Source: the human T2T-CHM13v2.0 reference genome, Homo sapiens
DNA length: 64,000 nucleotides
Reading direction: 5' to 3' (one strand)
Assembly (NCBI RefSeq): GCF_009914755.1
Contig: NC_060927.1
A program made the translations under genes and the position numbers. The notes under the pieces were generated by a model. That model was given only the letters and a program-made list of their open reading frames with translations, had not been told where the DNA came from and did not search any database. Each line of letters begins with the position of its first letter. The first letter of the stretch is position 1. Of the stretch, positions 30,056 to 45,609 are shown piece after piece.

Positions 30056-30962
30056 TGAAACAAGATAGTTTCCTGACCCCTTTGTGGGACTCTCGAAGGG
30101 TTGGTTCATTTACTCAGCTCGCAGCTCTCGACCCCTTACAGGAGGGGCAGCACACAGGTGACTGGGTGCAGAGGCCAGGATGAGCTCATCTGGGCAACTG
30201 GCAGTAGCAGTATTCTGTGTGGACTCACAGTAGCATCCAGGGGTTGCCCACGACCCATAGAGTACCAGAGGGCGTGGATGGCTTAAGTGCTAAACAGCTC
30301 ATGAGGCAGGAGAATGGCGTGAACCCAGGAGGTGGAGCTTGCAGTGAGCCGAGATCACACCACTGCACTCCAGCCTGGGTGACAGAGTGAGACTCCATCT
30401 CAAAAAAAAAAAAAAAAAGAAAAGTGTTAAACAGTTCGGTGGAGAGTCAGTGTGACAGCCTCTTGGACCCGCATCCCAGTCCTTGTCTAGAGTCTCACAG
30501 CAACTTATGAGGCGTCCAGAAAGAATCACATCACTCAACAAATTGAAGGGTGGTGAATGTGGAGGATTTTGTTGAGTGGTGGGAGTGGCTCTCAGCAGGA
30601 TGGCAGCTGGAAAAGGGATGGAGTGGGAAGGTGGTATTCCCCTGGAGTTCCGCCATTCCCAGCCGAACTCTTCTCCAATGTCCCGCCATCAAGTCGTCTC
30701 TCTGAAGTCAAGCTGCTTCTCTCTGACAACCAGCTGCTTCATCTCTTGTCTCCTTCTCTGCCACTCTGCCATTGGGGTCTGGGGTTTCTATGGATACAGG
30801 ATGGGGACATTGCAGGCCAGGGTGGTTTTGGAAAAGGTAACATTGAGGCAGGAAAACAGGAATGCATGTCCTCACTTTAGGCCATGGGTCCAGGCTTGAG
30901 GGTGTGGTCCTTGCCAGTACCGCCCTCTTTGCCCAGTATTTCCCTGCCTCTCATCTGTATCA
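30056..30962 (-). mobile_element. ERV1-class solo LTR (LTR1/LTR27/LTR28/MER52 group)
   Basis: TG...CA termini; 4-bp TSD ATAT at 30052-30055 and 30963-30966; minus strand starts TGATACAGATGAGAGGCAGGGAAATACTGGG. Confidence 0.8.
30302..30421 (+). mobile_element. 5'-truncated AluY (3' part of right monomer)
   Basis: GAGAATGGCGTGAACCC...GGAGCTTGCAGTGAG, then A-tail; TSD AAGTG(C/T)TAAACAG(C/T)TC at 30285-30300 and 30422-30437. Confidence 0.9.
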
Positions 30963-32642
30963 ATATGACACCAAAAACACAGGCAAGAAAAGCAAAAATA
31001 GACACACTGGACTATATCAAACTAAAAGTTTCTTGCCCAGCAATGGAAATAATCAAGAGTGGCAAGTTCACCTATGGGATAGAAAAAAAATGTGAACCAT
31101 ATACTTGATATGAGGTTAATTTCCAAAATATATAAGGAACTCTTGTAACTCAATAACAAAAAAAAAACAAACTAATACTTTAATTTTAAAATAGGCTGGG
31201 GATTAAAATAGACATTTCTCCAAAGAAGACATAAATATGATAAACAGATATACGAAAATATGCTTAACACAAATCATCAGTAAAAAACAAATCAAAACTA
31301 TAATGATATATCACCTCACATCTGTTAGGATGGTTGTTATCAAAAACTAAAGGATAAAAAGTGGTTAGGATGTAGACAAAAGAGAACCCTAATACTTATT
31401 GGTGGCAATCCAAAATTGTACACCCACTATAGAAAACAGTGTGAAGTTTCCCTAAATAATTAAAAACAAAACTACTGTATAATCCAGGAATCTTACCTCT
31501 TGGTGTTTATCTAAAATAATTGAAATTGGGTTCTTAAGGAGATATTAGCATTCTCATGTTTATTGCAACACTATTCACAATGGCCAAAATGCAGATACAA
31601 TTTAAATGTCCATCAATGGATGGAGGATGAATGGATTTTTTTAAAATGTGAGATAAATGTGTGTGTGTGTGTATATGTGTGTGTTTGTGTGTGTGACATG
31701 TAAATATGTTAGGTGTCATATGAAATATATGAAATATGAAAAAAATTAAATTTTTTTCAACCTTAAGAAAGAACAATACCCTATAATGTGCAACAACATG
31801 GACTAACCTGCAGGACATTACGGTAAGTGAAATATGCTAGTCACAGAAGAACAACTACTCCATGATTCTTCTTCATGAAATATCTAAAATAGTCAAATTC
31901 ATGGAAGAAAAGAATAGAATGGTGGGTTTCAGGTGGTCGGGGAAGGGGATAATTAGAAGCTGCCAATCAATAAGTGTAAAATTTCAGTTACACAAGATAA
32001 TAAGTTGCAGATATGTGGTGTATAACATTGTACCTATAAATAACAATACTACATAGTACACTGAAAATCTGTTATGAGGACAAATCTCATGTTGATTGTT
32101 CTTACCACAATAAAATTAAACGACAATAAAAAACAAAGTCCAAATGGACAGAAGGCACACACACCAGTTTCATTTTTTAGCAAAGTTATTTTCTACTTTT
32201 CAAAGAACTATTATAAGTCTTTAAGATAAAAGTGTTTTTAAATTTTCTCATATTTATATAATGATTAGAAAGGGAAGTGGCAGGTCAGATGTTAAAACCT
32301 CTTAAAAGAGGCTCAGCTCTAAGACCCTCAGGACCTGTCCTGGGACTTGCTGGTGCTTCAACTGTAGATATTGGCAGAAATGTTGGGGACAAAAGCTGTG
32401 AACATTGTAAGCTAGAACAACAATCAAATCAACAGGAGTCATGAAGCACCTGTGCTAAAGCCATCTGTGCAGGTATCTATTGATACCCTGCCCAGCATCT
32501 CTGAGCTGAATCTGAGTGACATATCCTCCTTATTCCTTATTTCCTGCTCTGTCTGATATCATGTAAAATGCAATAGATGAAGAAATCTCTGCCTGGGTCA
32601 GAAGTGACAGTTTCCACTGAAGACACATGTAGAAAAGAAGCC

Positions 32643-34685
<2,043 letters not shown>

Positions 34686-34830
34686 GAAGCCTCCTATTTG
34701 TCATGTAGAAAATGTCTTATTGTCCAATTTACACAGGCCAAGAAAAAGCTCTCCCCTGAGGAAGTCAGGCTTGCTGATGCTAATCCAAATTTAAGAGCTG
34801 CAGCCAGAGCTGAGCTGCCTATACAGCCAG

Positions 34831-35003
34831 TTTTGGGGTTTGGTTTTGTTTTGTTTTCCAGAAACAGGATCTCCCTCTGTCACCCAGGCTGGAGTGTGGT
34901 GGTATGATCATAGCTCACTGTAGCTTCAAACTCCTGCGCTCAAACAATCTTTTTGCTTTTGCCTCCCAAAGTGCTAGGATTATTGGAACCACCATGCTTG
35001 GCC
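34831..35003 (-). mobile_element. Alu monomer (FLAM/FAM-like)
   Basis: Single monomer with a degenerate T-rich tail; TSD ACAGCCAG at 34823-34830 and 35004-35011. Confidence 0.8.
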
Positions 35004-36142
35004 ACAGCCAGCCTGTTAAGGGAATGGCAACCAAGGAGTTCAAATGTTTCCTCTCCCTTGTTTTGGATCCTATGTTTACTCTGTAACTTTATCATTAGTA
35101 ACATCATAGAAGGGACCTACATAGTGGTGACTGGGATTCAACCAGTCCCCTTTCTTTTATCTGGCATCCCTGCTCAGCATTGTAGACATGATGGTATCCT
35201 AAAGGACTTTTACCCAATAAGACACAGTCAAGTTCTTAAGTGGAGTTTATTAAAAAACAAAACAAACAAACAAAAAAACCTATCAACTTCATCTCCAAGA
35301 TCTTAAGGGATTTTGCTCACTCTTAGAAGTACTTTATTTGATAGTTCCACATCACACATTGTTTTGCATCTTAATTAGAAAATATTTTCTACTTGAAACT
35401 TGCTGAGAGGCTAGACTGACCTGTAACAAAAGACCTGGTCTATACGTTTTCTTCAATTCATTCAATTCATAACTTAGCAGAAGACTTGTCAGTGAGGCTT
35501 TTCTTTTCCTTCTTTACAACTGTCCTTTTTTTAAACAGGTAATTTTATTGCTTGAAGTGTTCTAGTTTGAAGGGCTACAGAGACATTTGTTTTTCCTTGT
35601 CTTTCCATGAAAATATGTCTTAAAAGAATGACTTGTGACACAGTCTTAAAAATGACAAAATAGGCTTCACTAGCCTATTACCAGTGCTCACTTTCACCTC
35701 CTTCCTTGTAGCATAGTGGATGGACAGAAGAGTGCTAAATGTATGTACATGTGCATGTACTCATGCCCCCAGGCAGTGGAAACTATGCTGCTGGATTGTC
35801 ATACTGCACCACTGTCCAGCAGGCATGTTTCCTTGCATGTTTCCCCCTTCCTGCCCAATACTGACGTAAGAGTCAGGCTGCATAACGTCACACGCTTGGA
35901 CTGCTGCTGGGAGATCAGGGCTGCTTTTCCTAATCAAATCTAAAATCAAATCTACCTTTCATAAGTACTGAAGCCTTACCTGTTCCGCTGCATTGAAAAA
36001 TCTCTTTCATGTCATTCAGTACTATGAACTAACAAACATTCAAGAATAGCTAAGAAAACACGAAAAAATAAAAGCTGCAAGGAAACATTAATCCTAGAAG
36101 ATACAGGAATATAATATGAAGCCTATATTATTAAAACAATAT

Positions 36143-36459
<317 letters not shown>

Positions 36460-37470
36460 TCACAAGTATGGACACATAGACCAGTGGAATAGAATAGAAA
36501 ATCAAGAAATCGAGTAACACACATATGGGAATTCAGCATATAAAACAAGTGGCATTTTAATAACTAGGGCAAAAATGAACATTTTAATAAATGGTGCTTA
36601 AATAACCAAATAGCCATTTGGAACAATATGAAATTAGATACACATCCAAACCCTGAGAACAAACTTCAAAATAGTGAGATCTAAATGTAAAGAATTACAC
36701 CATGGAAATAGTAGAAGAAAAATGAATTACTCTATAACACATGTGTTGGAAAGTTTTTCTATGTATGATTTAAAATACATTGAAAGTAATAGTTGATATT
36801 TTAATCATTTAATTATAATATTAATAATGATAATAATAATAATAATAAATTTTGCATGGCAAAAAAGTGTTATAAGCAAAGGCCAAAGCGTAAAAAAGAC
36901 CAACCAGGAGAAAATATAACATATCACTACAGATAAAAGGCTAATACTCCTAACATATTAGGTACTCTTAAAATTTGAAGGAAAAAAATCCCAAAACAAA
37001 CAGACAAAAACTATAAGCAGAACATTTATCAAAATATATGAAAATGGCTTCTGAATATAAGAAAATATATAATAATGATTAACTATAGGATATGGATGGG
37101 AATAGGATGGACAGAATGGGATAGTGATAAATGACTAAGTACATCCTTTTATGAAGTTTTGACTTTGGTGGTATGTTAATATTTTCACTGCTCAATAAAT
37201 GAAACCAAAAACTATGTGTTTAAAAAATAAAATTGTTTACAAACAGAATAGCTTTATTTTCAATGAAACATCACCACACTGATAATGAGAAAACAGAACT
37301 AATCTTAGTAAATTATGCAGGCTTTTAAAAAGCTTGCAGTGGGAATCGTTAATAATTCTCACAGTATTTTCTATATATTCTGTAATTGAGTACATAAGTA
37401 AAATATATTGAACATAATGGAAGCTAGGCTCTCCCTGTTGAGGAAGATTTACACAGCAAAGACTAAAATG

Positions 37471-37907
37471 TCCAACAATGATAGACTGGATTAAGAAAAT
37501 GTGGCACATATACACCATGGAATACTATGCAGCCATAAAAAATGATGAGTTCATGTCCTTTGTAGGGACATGGATGAAATTGGAAATCATCATTCTCAGT
37601 AAACTATCGCAAGAACAAAAAACCAAACATCGCATATTCTCACTCTTAGGTGGGAATTGAACAATGAGAACACATGGACACAGGAAGGGGAACATCACAC
37701 TCTGGGGACTGTTGTGGGTTGGGGGGAGGGGGGAGGGATAGCATTGGGAGATGTACCTAATGCTAGATGACGAGTTAGTGGGTGCAGTGCACCAGCATGG
37801 CACATGTATACATATGTAACTAACCTGCACGTTGTGCACATGTACCCTAAAACTTAAAGTATAATAATAATAAATAAAAAATAAAAATTAAAAAAAAAAC
37901 TTAAAAA
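37471..37907 (+). mobile_element. 5'-truncated L1PA2-like 3' end
   Basis: GAAATTGGAAATCATC, AAACTATCGCAAGAAC and GCTAGATGACGAGTTAGTGGG (GAG rather than the Ta ACA); long A-rich tail; exact TSD AAAGACTAAAATG at 37458-37470 and 37908-37920. Confidence 0.92.
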
Positions 37908-38289
37908 AAAGACTAAAATGAATCCTGTGCTTTTGGATTGCTGTGCGCTTTACCAGGATGAGCTTTTGAACTCATAGTACATATTTAGCTATATGTCATC
38001 TATATCTGCATCTGCCTAATACCAATATGTGTGTGTGTGTGTGTGTGTCCATGTGAATAATTTCCTAGCTATGTCCACTACAAGAGCTTCAAAGCAGGGG
38101 CACACCAATAGTGATGAACACACCTGATGTTCACTTAAGGCAATGAGGACTTCTTGGAGAAATGACTGTTTCCAGCACTAAGGAGGAAGAAAGACAAGAT
38201 GAGCCTGATATGATATGCCAACAATTATGCCAGAAAGTAAAAGTGCTGGAAACCTGTCAAAGAACATGGTAATTAGCTTGAATGGGCTC

Positions 38290-38702
38290 TACTACGCTTT
38301 GAATGTGTCCCCCAAATTTCATATGTTGGAAATACAATCCTCAATGTGGCAGTATTGAAAGGTGGACCTTTAAAAGGTGATTGGATTAATCCATCCATGG
38401 ATTAATGGATTAAGGAATTTTGGGGTTAATGGATTGATGGATATCATGGGAGGAGAATGGGTGGCTTTGTCAGAAGAGAAAGAGAGACCTGAACACAGTA
38501 GCCTGCTCAGCCATCCCACCATGTGATGCTTGTGCTGCCGCAGGACTCTTCAGAGAGCCCCTATCAGCAAGAAGCCTCTCACCAGATGCAGCCCTCAACT
38601 TTGGACTTCTTGGCATCCATAACTGAGAAGTAAATTCATTTTCTGTATAAATTATGCAGTTTCAGGTATTCTGTTATAGAAAATACAAAAGGAACTGATG
38701 CA
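38290..38702 (+). mobile_element. MST-type MaLR solo LTR
   Basis: TACTACGCTTTGAATGTGTCCCCCAAATTTCATATGTTGGAA...GGTATTCTGTTATAGAAAATACAAAAGGAACTGATGCA. Confidence 0.85.
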
Positions 38703-38817
38703 GTCTCTCACTAGCCAAATATAGATCAATTTGAACAATTAAACAATGAAAATACAAAATGAACTGATATAGTCTCTCACTAGCCAACTGTAGATCAATT
38801 TGAACAATTAAATAATG
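38679..38817. repeat. 69-bp tandem duplication (2 copies)
   Basis: GAAAATACAAAA(G/T)GAACTGAT..AGTCTCTCACTAGCCAA.T.TAGATCAATTTGAACAATTAAA.AAT starting at 38679 and 38748. Confidence 0.93.
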
Positions 38818-39690
38818 ATAGTAACAGGTTATTACCCACTGAATAAAATAATAATCTATTAGTTAATACTGATGTAAGTACAGAAATGAATAAATAAATA
38901 GAGGCATGAAGAAAGCTTTACGTTAGAGTAACATGACAATTAATAAACTTAAGTAGAATTATGGAGTTAGAAAATCACCTTTTATTATCATTATAGAAAT
39001 TGATTCTGGCAAGAGTTAGCAACAGATGCAATACTAATGGGTGAGAATATGATGAGAGAGGAGATATTGTCATAGTCTGAAAGCCTCCCCACAAATTATT
39101 TATTAATTACAAAGAGGAAACAGACATCTTAGAGTAGAGAAGTTTGGCAGACACTATCATATGTAATTGATTAAAGTTAACATTATCAATACTGGTACAA
39201 GCCAAAAGTACTTACCTCCTGATTTGATGTATGGAGGAAAATACAACATTACTTCTGTGGTGTTTCTTCTGAGATGCATAATCTGAATCTAATCATGGTG
39301 AAACAGAAGAAAAAAACAAATTGAAGTGCCTTCTAAAATCTAACCGTACTTTTAAAAAAAGTTAATAACGTAAAAGACAATAAAAATCTGATGATACAGG
39401 TGAAAATAGACAAAAGAGACATGTATCTTAAATGTGATATTACTCTGGATTGTATTTGGGAGTAGAAACAAATATTTATCAAAGACAATTTAAAAATTTA
39501 AACTGAAAATTTGAGTTATATAATAGCATTGTATCAAGGTTAAATTTTCTGTTTGTTAATAAACTTCAGTAAGACAATGTAATGCCCTTGTTTAAACTAA
39601 GTGCATGCTAAGTTAATTAGATTTAAATCATCATAATATCTACTAGTTATTCTAAAATAATTGAGAAGGTAGAAAAAATATATAGACCAT

Positions 39691-40052
39691 TGTATTAGTC
39701 TGTTTTCACACTACTATAAAGAACTGCCAGGGATTTGGTAATTTATAAAGGAAAAAAGTTTAATTGGCTCACAATTCCTCATGACTGGGGAGGCCTCAGA
39801 AAAATTACAATCATGGCAGAAGGCATCTATTCACAGGGTGGCAGGAGAGAGAATGAGAGTCGAGCAAAGGGAGAAAAGCCCTTATAAAATCATCAGATCT
39901 TGTGAGACCTAATTCACTATCATGAGAACAGGGTGGGGAAAACCGCCCCCATGATTAAATTATCTCCACCTGGTCCTTCCCACGACAGATGTGGATTGTG
40001 GGAACTATAATTCAAAATAAGATTTGGGTGGGGACACAGCCAAACCATATCA
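39691..40052 (-). mobile_element. THE1-type MaLR solo LTR
   Basis: TGTATTAGTC...GGGGACACAGCCAAACCATATCA; exact 5-bp TSD ACCAT at 39686-39690 and 40053-40057. Confidence 0.93.
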
Positions 40053-41576
40053 ACCATTGATGAGGGGATGAGAGAGAGAGAGACAGAGAGAGAGAGAGAA
40101 CAAATCTAAATAAATAAAAAATATTAGTATCTGGTGAATCCTAATAAAGGATATATCATAGCTCTTTGTACTAGTAGCCTTGAAAATTTTCTGTAAATTA
40201 AACATTATATAAAAATAAAAGGTATACAAACTGTGAGCATAAATATCATGGATAAAAATAGAAACAGTGACTCAAAATATAGGTATATGTATGAATACAT
40301 ACATAATTTTTCACTTAGTTTCTTTGGAAACTTTGGAAGCTTTGGGACTTTTACATTTCATACCTTATTTATAAATGGAAGTAAATGATTGTTTGTGAGA
40401 AAAAGAGCATTTTTCTTATGTAAGAGATGAGTAACCTGAGGCTTATGGATATTTTGAACTAAGTTTAAATTCACACTAACTAGTCATACAATTTAATAGC
40501 AAATATTCCAATTCCAAATTAATTTTTAATAGTTCTACGAGGTCATCATTTGGGTGGGAAATTTTAAGTGAAATTTTCCTTTTCCCTATCTTATCCCTGT
40601 CAGAGTCAAGGTCCAGTTAAACAAGTTTTCTTTTGTGACAAAGTGGATCAAAAAATAATAATTGTTCATATCAAATTTGGAGTATTTTGTTTTACTCAGG
40701 AGTTCTCTGATATAAAGTTTTTTGTTTCCTGGCTTTTTCGCATTCCCCAAAAATGGCCCATTAAAATCTGAAGCTTGGCTTGCTGGAAATTGACAGCTGC
40801 CTGCTTGAGCACTCGTACCCCTGGATTTGGGTTTTCTTATTTGTTTAGGTCTCTGAGACTTTCCCTGCCTGCTTGCCAGCAAGCCAATTTTGAATGGTTG
40901 CTTTGAATTGTTTTATCCAGCATTTTTAGAGGTTTGGCAATAGAGGGGTTTCAGAAACATTAACTGACATTTCACCTTGAAATGGAAGGTTCTATTTGTT
41001 GTTGTTGTTGTTTACCCTCTTGGATAGTAAGATTGGGACATGGAAGTAAGAGTCACCCATTGGTGGCTGGTAGTGTCTCACTTTATCTGAAATTTTGGTA
41101 CATTTATTAAAATAACAAACAGAAAACTAATAAATAATTTTTCAAAATTTTAGTTAGCCACCGTCAAATCTTATTACATTGATTGTAACTATAAGCAAAT
41201 GTGCTATTACTTTTTTCATTTAATTGTGTTAGAATATTTTAGGTTCTGCCTTATAAATGCATTATTATAATTAACAACCTACATGGACATTGTCTGAGTA
41301 GATTAAAACTTATAATAGGTAAGGAGATCTTATAAAGCTTATTATGCCTTGACAAAAGGCATAATAAGCTAATACAAAAATGGTTGATGCTTATAAAATA
41401 GATTTTTCCAGAAAATTAAATACAAACACTCAATAAATATATGTAAAGCTATGGTCAATTTCATTATAAATCATGTTCTTTTACTGTAAAAAACAAAAGG
41501 CCGACTGCACCCTATTTCTACCAGAGCTTAAAGAAAACAATACTTTGACATATTGCTGGTGCTACTGGATAGCTAC

Positions 41577-42032
41577 TTATATGGTTTGGCTCTGTGTCTC
41601 CACCCAAATCTCATATTGAATTGTAATTGTAATCCTCCTGTGTTGAAGGAGGGATCTGGTGGGAGGTAATTGGATCATTGGAGCGGTTTCCCCCATGCTT
41701 TTCTCATGATAGTGACTGAGTTCTCAGGAGAGCTGATGGTTGTAAAGTTTGTGGCAGTTCCTCTTCCTCCTTCTTCCTCTTCCTCTTTCTCTTCCTCCTC
41801 CTCCTCTTCTCCTTCTCCTTCTCCTTCTTCTTCTTCTTCTTCCTCTCTCTCTCTCTCTCTCTCCTGCTGCCATGTAAGATGTGCCTTGCTTCCCCTTCGC
41901 CTTCTGCCATGATTGAAAGTTTCCTGGAGGCCTCACTAGTTATGCAGAACTGTGAGTCAATTAAATCTCTTTTATTTATAAATTATCCAATCCCATGTAT
42001 TCTTTATAGCAGTCTGAAAATGGACTAATACA
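41577..42032 (+). mobile_element. THE1D/MSTA-type solo LTR with expanded pyrimidine tract
   Basis: ATATGGTTTGGCTCTGTGTCTCCACCCAAATCTCAT...AAAATGGACTAATACA; CTT/CCT/CT tract at 41758-41865. Confidence 0.9.
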
Positions 42033-44046
42033 ACAACTCTCTGGAAAACAATTTGTCATTATTCGTATAGTCTTCAATAAAGCAAATTCATTCTTCTAAG
42101 GAAATCAACCTGTCTTAGAAAAATATCCACCAGTAGCAGAGAATATAGACACAAGAATGTTTAATGCAGCATTCTTTTTATTGGCAACAATCTACAAAAA
42201 TGGGAATGTCCAAAGCATGTGAAAAGTTGAAAAAATCATGGCATAGCTGCAAATTGATATATTATGCAGTCAGTAAAAATAATAATTTTGGAATCTATTA
42301 ACATGAAGATATATCCATAAAATATTAAGTAGAGAAAGCTAGTTGCAATAGAATGTGTACAAATATGCTCCCATTTTAAGGAGAAAATGTAAAGATTTTT
42401 TTATGTGGAATCGTATACATTAATACAATATTCACACACATCTATTCATGGTATGTATATATGATTTGTAAAGGTATATCTATATATTTGTGTAAAATAA
42501 TGTAGGCTTAGAGAAAAATATGGGAAAACATACCTAAGAACTCTTTTAAAAAGTAATATGGGCTGAAAAGAAGGGTGAGGTAAGGTGAAAAGAAGGCAAG
42601 CAAAAACGCAGAAAAGAAATTCTGTATTCTTCAAAAAGTAGAGTTACGTGTGCATTTATATAACAAATATGTAGGTAAAACATACTTAGAGTACCCCAGA
42701 TAGGCATTATATTAAACACTATTTTAAATCATCCTAAAATTATCAATGCTATGTTTAAAATGCATTTCCTTTGAAATGTTATTGCAATTTCTCCAGAGTA
42801 TTAGCTATAGAATCTTAGAGGTGGAGTAGACCTTTGCCTACAAGTACATTTATTTGATGCTCTGCAATTTTAAAGTGCAAATGGTTATTTTTTTAAAAGC
42901 ATGTGTCTAGATGAGCTCTTTAATAACTTTGAAAGATGTAATAAATTTCAAGCAACTATACATCCTTAAAGGGCAAATTAAAAACACCCTAGAATTAAAT
43001 TTAATTTCGACATTATCAGAAATAATAGGAGCATAAATGAATTTATCCTGTGTATTGGCAACTCAATACACAGGCAACCCGATACACAGAAACTCAATAG
43101 CCTGAATTATTGCAAGTTTATAATATCACCAATAATACCAGATAGGTACTTGGCCAAATAGATCTAATACCAGCCCTGACCTTGGGAAAAGTGGCATGTA
43201 TGCTTTATACCATAGCATTTTAAATTGGCAATAACTAATGGGGTTGGCAGTGATAACCATCAAATACAAAACATAAGTAATTTCTGAATCAATGTAGAGA
43301 GGATACATCAGTATGGGAAATGAGCCAAGATAAAGGTTATAGTAAGTGTGTTTTTTAAAATGATGAATAGGACCTAGAGGGTAAAAGGAAATTTTGTTGC
43401 CAAAAAAAATATGATGGTGCTAATTCTTAACTCATGACTCTAGATAAAACAGACAGCATGGAAAGAAAAAAAAATATAGTTGACATACAATCAGATTCAA
43501 AAATCCCCAAATTAATTTTACTTTCCTAACACATATATAACTTATTTTCCTATTTTGTGTAATAAATTATAATCTCATTGATTTAAAAACACACACACAC
43601 ACTTAAGAACAATGTGTGAGGCAATTGCTTTTAATTTAGTTAATTCAAGCAATATTCACAGAGACATTGAATTTACATTTTAATACATAAGTATGCATAA
43701 ACTAGACACCTCTAGGTCTACCGAAGATGCTTCATGACATAGGAAGAGGATAGCGTTTAGCTTGGAGAAGAGTCTATGAATATGTCAGAGCACTGGAGAA
43801 CTGTGAATGTAATGTAAACTAACATGTAAATGAAATGTTGGATTTTCAAACAATCAAGAAACTAAAAGGAGGTCGAAATAACTGCCATACAGATATTTCG
43901 TGAATATTACAGCACTTGTTCAAGACAGCAGAGGTTTGGACAAAAGTACCAATCAAGAGTCCAGAGAAATGTAGCTTTCATTTTATATTTTTTATGTTAC
44001 ACAATCACACACAAGGGCAAGCTACCATGATAAAAATGTAAGAACT

Positions 44047-44047
<1 letters not shown>

Positions 44048-44103
<56 letters not shown>

Positions 44104-44125
44104 ATCTACCTACCTACCTACCTAT
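44048..44125. repeat. (TATC)14 plus (TACC)n tetranucleotide STR
   Basis: 14 perfect TATC units at 44048-44103, then ATC and about 4 TACC; TCTATA-like low complexity to about 44215. Confidence 0.97.
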
Positions 44126-45609
44126 CTGGTCTATATCTATATCTATATGTGATCTGTGTTTATAGGTACCTCTATATCTATCTATATCTATATTTATATC
44201 TATTTCTATATCAATATAAGCAGACTGAGCATGACAAGGAAGGATATAGAATGTAGTGAATGTTGAAGAATCATGTAATGAGAGAACTAAACAGAAATAG
44301 ATTTCTTTGGCTTTTAGCCAACTATAACTTCAATTTTCCAGAAACTTTCCTCTGAGTGACCTAGATTCTCTACCTACTGAACAATCACTATAGCTACCAA
44401 AATGTTTTAATGTTTGCTTCAGCTGTCTGGTAACTGATGGGTGTAATTAGGCAAAGGGGAGTATTAGGTGGCTGCACCTTGTGAATTAATAACCCTAACC
44501 TCCCAATCTCATCTCTGAACATGTATAAGTCGTTACAGCTCGATTGAGTCATGTCAGTGAAATGAAGGAAATGATAATTATTTTCAATGATATTATTTTG
44601 CAGATTGATATTTAATCACATTTTTGGCATTATAATTTTCCAATTTTACACACTTTAATGAATTATCACTTACAACAAAGGTTGTTGTCATTAAATTGAC
44701 TATGTCCTTGAACTGGTAGATCTATAACTTGAAAATTCCACTTCCTAATATTATTAAATGGATTCAACATATATCTAAACTTTATCTAATAATTACAGAT
44801 GACTCTTTATTATCTAGGAGTTATATATCCAACTTGCAAATCAGGTCGGTTGTTCCTCCTATTAGCTGTATAATTTTGGCCCTTTAGCTATTTTATTGTT
44901 CATTAATTCATCACTCTGAAGACTTTTTTTCTGTTTGCAATAGTTGTGACAAAGATTTGTCAAAATCAAAGCAAAATTAATAGCAAATATTTTATGCATT
45001 CATACTTCCATAATTGTTTGGCTATACATGTTGAACATTTTTACAACAAACTACTTAAATATAAAATCAATTTTCATTTGGTTTCAAGCATTCTTCGACC
45101 AAAAAAATCTGATTATCTTTCAAATTAGAAAATTGCGTTTATTTTATACATTCTTATGAGCTTTTTACCTTAACAAATATGAAGTAAAAAGACATAAAAA
45201 TGGTGATGGAGAGAGTTCTGATTCTGCTTAGGATGTAGAAATCATTGGTAAAGAGACCGTTAAAAATTAAAATGTAGGATTTTTTAAAAAAGTTCATAAC
45301 ACCACAGACTTTCATATGTTACTATGTTCAATGAGGAGAAAAGCTTCATCTGTGTTATACATCCCATATCTCTAGCTTGTAAGAGAGAGAGATGGGGCTC
45401 TCAACTTTAGTTGAATTACAATACAGTTTTACTTACCCAAGTAGAGACCATCAAGTATCCTACTATAAGTAGGGCTAGTGTTAGTATGAGGCGTAAGGAT
45501 TGGGTTAGATTCTAAAGTCTGTGCGTTGAAAATAACTATTAGTCATTGATTGATAAGAAAATGGTTGCTTATTTCTTTGGAGTAACCCTATTGAGAAGTG
45601 TGGAAAGGG

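Larger units (their letters stand above)
28600..32115 (+). mobile_element. L1MA/L1MB-type element with both ends and a large ORF1-ORF2 internal deletion; interrupted by an ERV1 LTR
   Basis: 5' CATGATGGCACAATAGAAAATCCTGG; ORF1-like sequence to about 29645 then directly CCAAAGCAATCTCGAAAAAG (late ORF2); 3' end CTCATGTTGATTGTTCTTACCACAATAAAA. Confidence 0.8.

Noticed and set aside
41670-41936. Ser-rich and Arg/Lys/Glu-rich ORFs
   Set aside because: Translations of the CT-rich simple repeat inside an LTR
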